Shown here piece by piece: positions 1-8,611 of a stretch of 64,000 nt of DNA. The stretch comes from Patescibacteria group bacterium (GTDB lineage: Bacteria > Patescibacteriota > JAQUNI01): assembly GCA_028717685.1 (NCBI GenBank), contig JAQUNI010000002.1:7903-71902 (forward strand), written 5' to 3'. Both the position numbers and the translations under genes were made by a program. Positions within the stretch are counted from its first letter, which is position 1. The number at the start of each line of letters is the position of its first letter. The notes beneath the pieces are model-generated. The model had not been told where the DNA came from. It was given only the letters and a program-made list of their open reading frames with translations, and ran no database searches.

Positions 1-1
1 C

Positions 2-3000
2 GATACTTCGGGCAATGGTAATGACGGGGCGATTAGTGGCGCAGCTTGGAAATCCGCTGCCTCGTGCCACAGCGGAGCGTGTTTGCAGTTTGACGGCACG
101 GATGATTATGTGAGTGTGAATGATTCGCCTGCCTTAAGCTCTACAAACGCCATGACAATATCCGGATGGATTAAAACAAGCTCCAATCAATTATACAAGC
201 ATGTACTTGTGAAAGGTGCTACCCTTATCAATAATGATTACGATTTTAGTTTGTATTTTTCAGGTACTTATTCAGTTAATGTTTATATGAAAGACAGCGT
301 GGGAACACTTGATACCGTTGGTTACAGTTTTTCTTTTGGCGATAACAAATGGCACCATTATGTTGCTATGTTTGATGGCGATTGGTTATATTTATATCTT
401 GACGGAACGTTGGTTGCGTCAAAAGATACGGCATTGACTAACATAAGAGATTCAGCTAATCCGTTTCAGATCGGGGTGGGGGGCAACGGGTATTATTTCA
501 ACGGCTCCATTGATGACGTGCGCATCTACAACTACGCGCGCACTCAAAAGCAAATTATAGAAGATATGAATGCCGACCACCCTGCGGTTGGTTCGCCCGT
601 GGGCAGTTATGCTGGGTATTGGAATTTTGACGAGGGGCAAGGCGATACTGCTTATGACAAATCAATAAATAAAAACAATGGGGACTTGGCTGGCGCTTGC
701 CCAGGGGCTGCTACTTGCCCCACATGGACCACTGCTGGCAAATTCGGCAAAGCATTGTCTTTTGACGGAGGCGATTATTTAACTGTAGCTGATAGTGCAA
801 TATTTAACACAGAATCCTTTGCGGTGTGTGCTTGGGTACGGCCAGCATCTTTTTCTAATTATCAGAGCATACTTGCGAAACAAAGGGCAGGGGATACTTT
901 TGAGCAGTTCGGATTATTAGTGTATAGTTCTGGAGCTGTAGCGCTCCAATTAGGAAATGGCGGAACGGGTGCTTTGGGATCTTTAACTCTTAATACGTGG
1001 GCGCATATATGCGGTTCCACAGACGGGACAACAGGAACGTTGTATATTAATGGTCGAGCTTTGGGTACTGGCACTGATAATGCAACTTATGGCGCAGGTA
1101 AGTCGTTTTATATTGGCTATACTCAATATGGAAGTGGGCGTTATTTTAATGGGCTTATAGATGAAGTTAAATTTTATCCATTTGATTTAAGCCCTGCGGA
1201 AATTAAGGAAGAATTTAACCGTGGCTCTTCGTTAAAATTGGGCGCTTCGGGAACCGAGGCAGATGGCATAACTCCAAGCAACTCGGCTTTGTCAGCTTAC
1301 TGCGTGCCGGGCGATGCTACTTCTTGCGCTGCGCCCATTGCCCATTGGAAAATGGACGAGAAAAAAGATAATACTTGTTCTGGGGGCGTAAATGATGTAT
1401 GTAATACTTCTGGCAATGGTAATGACGGGGCAAATACTGGCGGTCCAGTGTGGAAATCCGCTGCCTCGTGCCATTCTGGCTCCTGCCTGTCCTTTGACGG
1501 GACGGATGATTATGTGAATGTGGCGGATAGTGATAATTTAAGTTTTACGACTGGTTATCCGACCGATACTTCTGCAACTGTCTGCGCTTGGATAAAAGCT
1601 AATTCTTTTTCAGCAAATTCAACTATTGTTAGCAAAGTAGGAAGTTCATACGAATGGGAATTATACAATGTTGCTGGAAGCGGAGTAGGTTTTTGGATGT
1701 TGAGTTCGGGTGGCGCTCCTTATATAGGGAGATATGCTCCATTTCCTTCAACTAATGTTTGGCATTATATCTGTGGAGTATATGATGGGAGTAAAGTGGT
1801 AAGCGGTATTAAAGTTTATATTGATGGAATAAGAAGTGATACAAGTAATGACACATCGGGAACTTATGCGGGTTGCAGTAATACAAATGTGCCAGTTAAT
1901 ATAGGAAGAAGGAATGTGCCGGATTCTTATTTCAATGGCCTCATTGACGATGTCCGCATATACAACTACGTCCGCACTCCAGCGCAAATCGCCTGGGATT
2001 ACAATCGCGGAGCGCCAGTTGGGAGCTGGTCAATGGATTCTGTTGGGGTTTCTGCTTCGCCCGGCACGGCTTTGAATGTTTATGACAGCTCGGGAAAAGC
2101 CAACACGGGCGTAAGCTCGGGCGAAACAATGAATAATGGCACTATTACTGGCGCCACGTGGAAAGACGGCTCTAATTGCAAATACGGCTCTTGCCTGTCT
2201 TTTGACGGGAATGACTATGTAAACGTTGGAAGTGGAGCGAGTTTGCATTTTGCAGGAAGTTTTACGGTTGAAGCGTGGGTTAATATTCCAGTTGCACAAA
2301 CGCACGCTGCAGATAATATGATTGTGGGAGATTATAATGGGCTATGGAAAGGATATAAATTTTCAATTGCTTCTGACTCTAAGGTATTTTTTCAAGTCGG
2401 AAGGCAAAGTGACACTACTATGTGTGGCATGTATTCATCACAAACATTGTCACTTAATACTTGGTATCATGTTGTCGGAGTTTATGATGGAGTTAGGCCA
2501 AATATATACGTTAATGGGGTCAAAACGGAAGGCAATGCTTGTTCTCCAATAGAGGCAGAAGTCTCAAGTACGATTATCGGAAAAGCGCAATGGTACAGTC
2601 AATATTTCAACGGCTCCATTGACAATGTCCGCATCTACAATACCGCCTTAACAGCCACGCAAGTTGCCGCTTTGTATAATAACAACGACCGCTCGGCGGG
2701 CGCGAGCTTGGAAGCTAACTTGGTGGGCGAGTGGCGGCTTGACGAAAACGCAAGTTTGTATGCTGCGGACACCCACTACCAGCGCGTTGGCAAATACGGC
2801 TATGCTATGAACTTTGACGGGAGTAATGATTATGTGGCTATTCCATCTTATACGGTTGATGCAGATACTGGAACAATCGCAGCATGGTTTAAAACATCTG
2901 CAGATTTTTCATCAAATTATAATCAGCTTGGATTTTTATTAGGCAATACTGCTGTAAATTACAGTTATTTAGCTTTACAAGGCAATGGAAGCACAGCATA

Positions 3001-3334
3001 TAGCATAAGAGGTGAAACAAATACAAACGGAGAATTTTTTGCCGCTACTTCAGATATAGTGCCTGTAGGGGCATGGAATCAGATTATTACAACCTTCAAT
3101 AATAAAACAGCAAAAACATACTTAAATGGTATTCTCGTAGATACAGAGACTATCACAAATAGCTTAACTCTCTCTCGTATTAGTGGTCTTACATATCTAA
3201 CAAATGTAACATACTTCAACGGCCTCATCGACGATGTCCGCGTATATAACTACGCTCTAACTCCGTTACAAGTTAAGACGCTATATAACGAGAACTCAGC
3301 TGTTCGGTTGGGACCAACAGAGGGATTACCTTAG
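2..3334 (+). CDS. Giant multi-LamG (concanavalin A-like jelly-roll) surface protein, 5'-truncated by the window edge; at least 5 LamG domains in window
   Basis: Repeated W-x-(F/M/L)-D-E ... FDGxxDYV ... FNGxIDDVRIYN motifs. The frame of ORF 83..3334 is open back to base 2 (DTSGNGNDGAISGAAWKSAASCHSGAC), so the real start lies upstream. Ends in RLGPTEGLP. Confidence 0.9.
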   Translation, partial: DTSGNGNDGAISGAAWKSAASCHSGACLQFDGTDDYVSVNDSPALSSTNAMTISGWIKTSSNQLYKHVLVKGATLINNDYDFSLYFSGTYSVNVYMKDSVGTLDTVGYSFSFGDNKWHHYVAMFDGDWLYLYLDGTLVASKDTALTNIRDSANPFQIGVGGNGYYFNGSIDDVRIYNYARTQKQIIEDMNADHPAVGSPVGSYAGYWNFDEGQGDTAYDKSINKNNGDLAGACPGAATCPTWTTAGKFGKALSFDGGDYLTVADSAIFNTESFAVCAWVRPASFSNYQSILAKQRAGDTFEQFGLLVYSSGAVALQLGNGGTGALGSLTLNTWAHICGSTDGTTGTLYINGRALGTGTDNATYGAGKSFYIGYTQYGSGRYFNGLIDEVKFYPFDLSPAEIKEEFNRGSSLKLGASGTEADGITPSNSALSAYCVPGDATSCAAPIAHWKMDEKKDNTCSGGVNDVCNTSGNGNDGANTGGPVWKSAASCHSGSCLSFDGTDDYVNVADSDNLSFTTGYPTDTSATVCAWIKANSFSANSTIVSKVGSSYEWELYNVAGSGVGFWMLSSGGAPYIGRYAPFPSTNVWHYICGVYDGSKVVSGIKVYIDGIRSDTSNDTSGTYAGCSNTNVPVNIGRRNVPDSYFNGLIDDVRIYNYVRTPAQIAWDYNRGAPVGSWSMDSVGVSASPGTALNVYDSSGKANTGVSSGETMNNGTITGATWKDGSNCKYGSCLSFDGNDYVNVGSGASLHFAGSFTVEAWVNIPVAQTHAADNMIVGDYNGLWKGYKFSIASDSKVFFQVGRQSDTTMCGMYSSQTLSLNTWYHVVGVYDGVRPNIYVNGVKTEGNACSPIEAEVSSTIIGKAQWYSQYFNGSIDNVRIYNTALTATQVAALYNNNDRSAGASLEANLVGEWRLDENASLYAADTHYQRVGKYGYAMNFDGSNDYVAIPSYTVDADTGTIAAWFKTSADFSSNYNQLGFLLGNTAVNYSYLALQGNGSTAYSIRGETNTNGEFFAATSDIVPVGAWNQIITTFNNKTAKTYLNGILVDTETITNSLTLSRISGLTYLTNVTYFNGLIDDVRVYNYALTPLQVKTLYNENSAVRLGPTEGLP

Positions 3335-3335
3335 G

Positions 3336-3782
3336 AAATGAAAAATGAAAAACTAAAAATGAAAAACGACAAAGAAAAATTTAAAAAGGAATTTAAAGCC
3401 AGAATCTACCACTTTATTTTGCGTTTAGTAAAATTTGTAGATAGCTTGCAAAAAGATAGAAGCTCGCAGGTTTTTGCTAATCAAATGCTTCGAAGCGGCA
3501 CAAGTATTGGCGCTAACTATATTGAAGCCCAAGCTTCAAGCTCTAAAAAAGATTTTGCTAATTTTTTCCACCATTCTTTAAAATCAGCCAACGAAACGAA
3601 GTTTTGGTTAGCATTATGCCGTGATTTAAACAAAGGAGAAAAAAGCCAAGCCGAATCTTTACTGCAAGAGCTTACAGAAATTGCCAATATTTTAGGCTCA
3701 AGCCTGCTTACCTTAAAAGGTAAGAAATGATTTTTTAATTTTAGATTGTGGTTTTTCATTTTTCATTTTCAGTTTTTCATTT
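3336..3782. mobile_element. Putative cassette 1: four-helix-bundle gene bracketed by inverted arms of AAATGAA-type heptamers
   Basis: Left arm 3336-3387 aaatgaaaaatgaaaaactaaaaatgaaaaacgacaa...; right arm 3731-3782 reverse-complements to aaatgaaaaactgaaaatgaaaaatgaaaaaccacaatctaaaattaaaaa. Mobility is inferred, not shown. Confidence 0.55.
3338..3730 (+). CDS. Four helix bundle protein (23S rRNA IVP-like, TIGR02436/PF05635 family)
   Basis: Family motif QMLRSGTSIGANYIEA...SSKKDF...KSANETKFWL; 130 aa. N-terminal MKNEKLKMKN is encoded by the heptamer repeat arm. Confidence 0.9.
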   Translation: MKNEKLKMKNDKEKFKKEFKARIYHFILRLVKFVDSLQKDRSSQVFANQMLRSGTSIGANYIEAQASSSKKDFANFFHHSLKSANETKFWLALCRDLNKGEKSQAESLLQELTEIANILGSSLLTLKGKK

Positions 3783-3878
3783 GCAACAATTAAGAATTAA
3801 AAATTTTAGAGAGTGGGCTTCGGCGAGACAGAAGGATTGCCATAAGGAGGTCGTGCGAAAGCGCGACACAAAAAGTTA

Positions 3879-6800
3879 ATGAGAAAAACTTCCTTTTTTA
3901 AAAAAATCATTTTTATCGCAATTGCCATCGGGACCATTACCTCCGGCATTTTTATTATCCGCGCGGCGAGCAATAAAGGCGCAGCGCCTGTGGCGTGGTG
4001 GAAGTTTGACGAAGGGTCGGGGACGAGCGCCTACGACTCCTCGGGCAATGGCAATACCGGCACTCTGACTAATATGGACAATACCGACTGGGTCAACGGC
4101 GAGTTTGGCAGTGCTTTGGACTTTGACGGGAGCAATGATTATGTTAACACTAATACTGATTTCAGCTGGGCTATAGCAGATAGTTTTTCTATTGCTTTTT
4201 GGGTTAATCCTACTTCTGTAACAGGCGGTCAAGGCATAATGGGGAAGGGAGCGGCTGGAGGTTATGGAGATTATAATTGGGAGTGGTCTTTTAAACTTGA
4301 TGGTACCAGCTTAAGTTTTGTTTATTGGAATACTGGCGGCGGCGGTGAAATAGTCCTTGGGTCAACAGTTACTCAAGGCACTTGGGATTATTTTGTTGTT
4401 ACTTACGACCCGACAAACAAAGCAAAACTTTACAAAAATGGTGTTGTTGTATCTACGGATACTAGTATTGCTAGCGCCTTGCAGAATAGAGCTACGCCTA
4501 TGTTAATAGGTCATGCGTATTACAATAGCGGTGTTAATTATTACTTCAATGGCCTTATTGATGATACTCGCGTATACAACCACACCCGCACCGCTGACCA
4601 AATCAAAAACGATTACAATGGAGGCAAGGCAATGTATGTTGGTGCGAAACAGCCTGTCTGCGACACTTCTCCGGCGGATTGCGTGAACAAAGGCTTGGTG
4701 GGTTATTGGGATATGGACCAGATGAACGGCACAACTGCCACGGATAAATCAGGGAATGGGAATACAGGCACATTTGCTAGCAGTCCTGTTTGGACGGGCG
4801 GCATAAAACCATTTAGTGGCGGCAGGGCTGGCGGGGGAGCGTTGCAGTTTGATGGGACGGATGATTATGTGAATGCAGGGCAGGGAAGCAGCTTAAATGG
4901 CCTTACTTCTGTGACATTATCGGCGTGGATTAAGCCTTATGGTTATTCGGCTTCTTATCGGAGCGGGATTATTTCTCGTAGAAGAAGCGGCGGGGCGGCG
5001 GAAGGATTGAACTTTACTATGGGTGGAGCGCTGGAAACGCCATATAAGCTGGCTATTTATGAGGCAGGTGGTGTCGCGTTGTATGCAAATACAGTAATTT
5101 CTCCAAATCAATGGTCTTTTGTTACCGCCACATTATCGGGAACTGACGCTAAAATTTATATTAATGGAGTTTTAGACGCAACTGGCACTGTTTCTTGGAA
5201 TTGGCCAAGCGATGTAAATGTATCAATTGGAGCGGTTTATTCTGGCGTTTATCATTTCAACGGACTTATTGACGATGTTCGCGTCTACAACCGAGCTCTG
5301 TCCGCCGCGGAAATACGGTATCAATACAATCAAGGCGACCCCGTTGCTTATTGGAAAATGGACGAAGGATCGGGGACGAGTGCTTACGACTCCTCGGGTA
5401 ATGGCAATACCGGCACTCTGACTAATATGGACAATACCGACTGGGTCAACGGCGAGTTTGGCACGGCTTTGGACTTTGACGGGAGCAATGATTATGTGGA
5501 AATAGTTGATAATGCATCCTTAGACCCTTCAAACGCAATCACGGTGTCTATGTGGTTTAGGCCAGACCAAACATTAGTAAATTACCAAGGAGTTTTAGGA
5601 AAAGGCGGAGGATCAAGTTTTGAAAAAGGATATGAATTCGCTACAAACAATGACGTGTTTGGATTTTGGATAAATGGAAGTACTAATATGGCTGTAACAA
5701 CTAAACCTGCAAGCGGAGAACTTGCTTTTTGGGTTGGAACATTTGATGGAACACAGATTAAATTATATAAAAATGGAAATTTAGTAAACACTGTAAATTA
5801 TATTGCTACGATTACAGATACTAATCTTCCTTTCCGTATTGGGAGGGTAAGTGAATATGGGGGAAATGATGAGTATACAAAAGGTATGTATGACGATGTC
5901 CGCATATATAACTATGCCCGCACCGCTGACCAAATCAAAAACGATTACAATGGAGGCAAGGCAATGTATGTTGGTGCGAAACAGCCTGTCTGCGACACTT
6001 CTCCGGCGGATTGCGTGAACAAAGGCTTGGTGGGTTATTGGGATATGGACCAGATGAACGGCACAACTGCCACGGATAAATCAGGGAATGGGAATACAGG
6101 CACATTTGCTAGCAGTCCTGTTTGGACGGGCGGCATAAAACCATTTAGTGGCGGCAGGGCTGGCGGGGGAGCGTTGCAGTTTGATGGGAGCGATGATTAT
6201 GTGAGCGGAAGCGGTGTTAATATTGCGAATTCTCCATTTACAATTTCAGCTTGGATTAAAGCAGATCAGTTTAATACGAGACAATTTTTTTCAATAGGGT
6301 CAGTGGGCAGCCTGCGCACGGCAATACATCTGCGTCTTCTATCATCCACTTCATTTTTATTCGGGCTGTATAGCGATGATTTGACTGTAACTATGGCGGA
6401 TATGTCTAACCGCTGGACGCATATTGTTGTAACTTTTGACAGTTCTTTTACGCAGAGTGTCTATCAGGATGGCGTGTTTGTTAACTCCAGAACTGCCGGG
6501 GGCTATTTTACCGGTAATACTAATTGGAATATTGGAAGATGGATGACTACTGAATATTTTGACGGCTTCATTGACGATGTCCGCGTCTACAACCGAGCGT
6601 TGTCCGCCGCGGAAATACGGTATCAATACAATCAGGGTGACCCGATTGCTCATTGGTCCTTTGATGAAGGCTCGGGATTATCAGCTTATGATAAAAGCGG
6701 CAATAGCAATACCGGCACTCTGACTAATATGGACGCCGCAACCGACTGGGTCAACGGCGAGTTTGGCAGTGCGTTGGATTTTGATGGGAGTAATGATTAC

Positions 6801-7982
6801 GTGAGCATAAACGGAAACCCAGACCTTTTCCGCGGTTCTAGAACATACGAACTATGGTTCTATCCCCATTTTAATTCTGATAGCGGGGTTAGTAATTTTA
6901 TGTTTTCAATATACCTCAATGATGGTAATGAAATGAGTCTTTATAATTATAGCAACGGCTTTTATGGATTCGCATATAAAGCTGGAGGAAGCGCTAATTA
7001 TATATCAGCAGGGAGTTTTACGGCTAATAATTGGTACCACATTGTTGCCACTTTTGACGACGACACCAATGAAATTAAAGTTTATCATAATGGAGTTTTA
7101 CAAAATCAAGGCACTGAAAGCAACGCAATTGTTGCTGGAACAACATACACTAAAATCGGTATGTATGTTTTGGACGGTTGGTTCAATGGTCTCATAGACG
7201 ATGTCCGCATATACAATTACGCTCGCACCGCTGACCAAATCAAAAACGACTATAATGCCGGTAAGGCGCTATATATTGGCGCGAAACAGCCGGACTGCGA
7301 CACTTCCCCGGGTGACTGCGTGAATAAAGGTCTTGTAGGGTATTGGGATATGGATCAGATGACTGGCACGACTGCGACTGATAAATCGGGCAATGGGAAC
7401 ACCGGCACTTTGACCAGTGGTCCCCTTTGGGCACAGGGCGTTCAGCCGTTTCAGGGTGGCAAAATTGGCGGGGGAGCTCTGCAGTTTGATGGCACGGATG
7501 ATTATGTGGGTGTGACACGAAACGCTAATTTAGAACCCGCAAGTGCTTTTTCCATAGAAACTTGGGTCAAAGTTAGCGCTTTTCAGGATTCAGAATGGAA
7601 TACAAGCCAAATAATATCAAAATATGGCGGAAATTATAAGGGGTATATTTTATCGTTGAATAAAGTTGGTTCAAGCTGGTATTTTTATTTTACCACATGT
7701 ACGCCCAGTACTTGTTACGGCACATCACAACCTACTCAAGCTGTGTCGCTGGGGCAATGGTATCATTTAGTAGCTGTCTTCCAAAATGGTTCTCCTAACT
7801 TAATGTATGTCAACGGGGTACTGGTTGGGCAAAGTGCTAATGCTGCCATTACTCACGATACTGCACAAAATCTATTTATCGGCAAGGCGGGATGGTATTC
7901 ATCTTTCTTCAACGGCACTATTGACGATGTCCGCGTCTACAACCGAGCTCTGTCTCCCGCTGAAATCCGCTATCACTATTAA
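3879..7982 (+). CDS. Secreted or membrane-anchored protein with six tandem LamG domains (A-B x3)
   Basis: N-terminal basic plus hydrophobic segment (MRKTSFFKKIIFIAIAIGTITSGIFII) and six FDGxxDYV...IDDxRxYN units. An apparent 1-nt insertion at about 7980 cuts off the RLGSNEGLP tail. Confidence 0.9.
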   Translation: MRKTSFFKKIIFIAIAIGTITSGIFIIRAASNKGAAPVAWWKFDEGSGTSAYDSSGNGNTGTLTNMDNTDWVNGEFGSALDFDGSNDYVNTNTDFSWAIADSFSIAFWVNPTSVTGGQGIMGKGAAGGYGDYNWEWSFKLDGTSLSFVYWNTGGGGEIVLGSTVTQGTWDYFVVTYDPTNKAKLYKNGVVVSTDTSIASALQNRATPMLIGHAYYNSGVNYYFNGLIDDTRVYNHTRTADQIKNDYNGGKAMYVGAKQPVCDTSPADCVNKGLVGYWDMDQMNGTTATDKSGNGNTGTFASSPVWTGGIKPFSGGRAGGGALQFDGTDDYVNAGQGSSLNGLTSVTLSAWIKPYGYSASYRSGIISRRRSGGAAEGLNFTMGGALETPYKLAIYEAGGVALYANTVISPNQWSFVTATLSGTDAKIYINGVLDATGTVSWNWPSDVNVSIGAVYSGVYHFNGLIDDVRVYNRALSAAEIRYQYNQGDPVAYWKMDEGSGTSAYDSSGNGNTGTLTNMDNTDWVNGEFGTALDFDGSNDYVEIVDNASLDPSNAITVSMWFRPDQTLVNYQGVLGKGGGSSFEKGYEFATNNDVFGFWINGSTNMAVTTKPASGELAFWVGTFDGTQIKLYKNGNLVNTVNYIATITDTNLPFRIGRVSEYGGNDEYTKGMYDDVRIYNYARTADQIKNDYNGGKAMYVGAKQPVCDTSPADCVNKGLVGYWDMDQMNGTTATDKSGNGNTGTFASSPVWTGGIKPFSGGRAGGGALQFDGSDDYVSGSGVNIANSPFTISAWIKADQFNTRQFFSIGSVGSLRTAIHLRLLSSTSFLFGLYSDDLTVTMADMSNRWTHIVVTFDSSFTQSVYQDGVFVNSRTAGGYFTGNTNWNIGRWMTTEYFDGFIDDVRVYNRALSAAEIRYQYNQGDPIAHWSFDEGSGLSAYDKSGNSNTGTLTNMDAATDWVNGEFGSALDFDGSNDYVSINGNPDLFRGSRTYELWFYPHFNSDSGVSNFMFSIYLNDGNEMSLYNYSNGFYGFAYKAGGSANYISAGSFTANNWYHIVATFDDDTNEIKVYHNGVLQNQGTESNAIVAGTTYTKIGMYVLDGWFNGLIDDVRIYNYARTADQIKNDYNAGKALYIGAKQPDCDTSPGDCVNKGLVGYWDMDQMTGTTATDKSGNGNTGTLTSGPLWAQGVQPFQGGKIGGGALQFDGTDDYVGVTRNANLEPASAFSIETWVKVSAFQDSEWNTSQIISKYGGNYKGYILSLNKVGSSWYFYFTTCTPSTCYGTSQPTQAVSLGQWYHLVAVFQNGSPNLMYVNGVLVGQSANAAITHDTAQNLFIGKAGWYSSFFNGTIDDVRVYNRALSPAEIRYHY
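4008..5496 (+). repeat. About 135-bp near-identical intragenic direct repeat (about 4008-4144 and 5361-5496), with a partial third copy at about 6660-6803
   Basis: Both copies encode DEGSGTSAYDSSGNGNTGTLTNMDNTDWVNGEFGxALDFDGSNDYV with only a few nucleotide differences. Confidence 0.85.
4585..6189 (+). repeat. About 273-bp intragenic direct repeat (4585-4857 and 5917-6189), with a diverged third copy at about 7225-7510
   Basis: The two copies appear identical by eye (offset 1332). They encode the linker and framework RTADQIKNDYNGGKAMYVGAKQPVCDTSPADCVNKGLVGYWDMD...ALQFDG. Confidence 0.9.
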
Positions 7983-8063
7983 TCAGGGCAGACCCATTGC
8001 TCATTGGTCTTTTGACGGAGGCGCTGCTTTCCGCCTCGGCTCGAACGAAGGATTACCTTAAAG

Positions 8064-8550
8064 TAATTTTTAATTTTTGATTTGTAATTTTTAACTAATT
8101 TTTATTGAGTTAACGAATTATTGATATGGAGCAAAAGCAGATTAATAATGTTAATTATGATTTGGAAGAAAAGTTTGAAAAATTGGGCGAAAAGATTATT
8201 ATTTTAGTAAAAAAAGCTTGTAAAAATCCTGTTGCATTTCCTTTAATTAATCAGCTAATTCGCTCTGGCACTTCAATAGGAGCCAACTATATGGAGGCAA
8301 ATGGAGCATCAAGTAAAAAGGATTTTAAGAACAAAATCCATATCTGCAAGAAAGAAGCCAAAGAAACAATGCACTGGCTTCGAATGTTGGCAATAGCTGA
8401 TGAAAATATAAAAGACGAATGCAGGATATTGTGGCAAGAAGTTCAGGGTTATGCCAAAATGTTTTCCAAAATTATTTCCACAATGCAAAACAATAAAAAT
8501 TAATACGTTAAGAATTAGTTAAAAATTAAAAATTAAGAATCAAAAATTTA
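8064..8550. mobile_element. Putative cassette 2: four-helix-bundle gene bracketed by inverted arms of TAATTTT-type heptamers
   Basis: Left arm taatttttaatttttgatttgtaatttttaactaatt (8064-8100); right arm aattagttaaaaattaaaaattaagaatcaaaaattta (8513-8550). Confidence 0.55.
8126..8503 (+). CDS. Four helix bundle protein (TIGR02436/PF05635 family)
   Basis: QLIRSGTSIGANYMEA...SSKKDFKNK...KKEAKETMHWL motif; 125 aa. Confidence 0.9.
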   Translation: MEQKQINNVNYDLEEKFEKLGEKIIILVKKACKNPVAFPLINQLIRSGTSIGANYMEANGASSKKDFKNKIHICKKEAKETMHWLRMLAIADENIKDECRILWQEVQGYAKMFSKIISTMQNNKN

Positions 8551-8579
8551 GCCTTGTCTTGTGTAGGCTCTTTTTTTTT
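8550..8579 (+). terminator. Probable intrinsic terminator
   Basis: agcct-N10-aggct followed by a T run. Confidence 0.45.
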
Positions 8580-8611
8580 GTTAAACTAAAATAAACTAGG
8601 CTAAGAAAACA

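Noticed and set aside
3879-7982. CRISPR-like repeat/spacer pattern
   Set aside because: Repeats are 135-273 bp, coding and in frame; there are no cas genes or 25-45 bp regularly spaced repeats anywhere in the window.
7807-8061. 84-aa ORF as an independent gene
   Set aside because: Only its last 26 codons are meaningful, as the frameshifted tail of the LamG gene; the rest overlaps that gene out of frame.
3336-8550. Diversity-generating retroelement, suggested by Avd-like genes beside repeated surface genes
   Set aside because: No reverse transcriptase in the window, and repeat copies are either identical or differ at mixed, largely synonymous positions rather than only at adenines.
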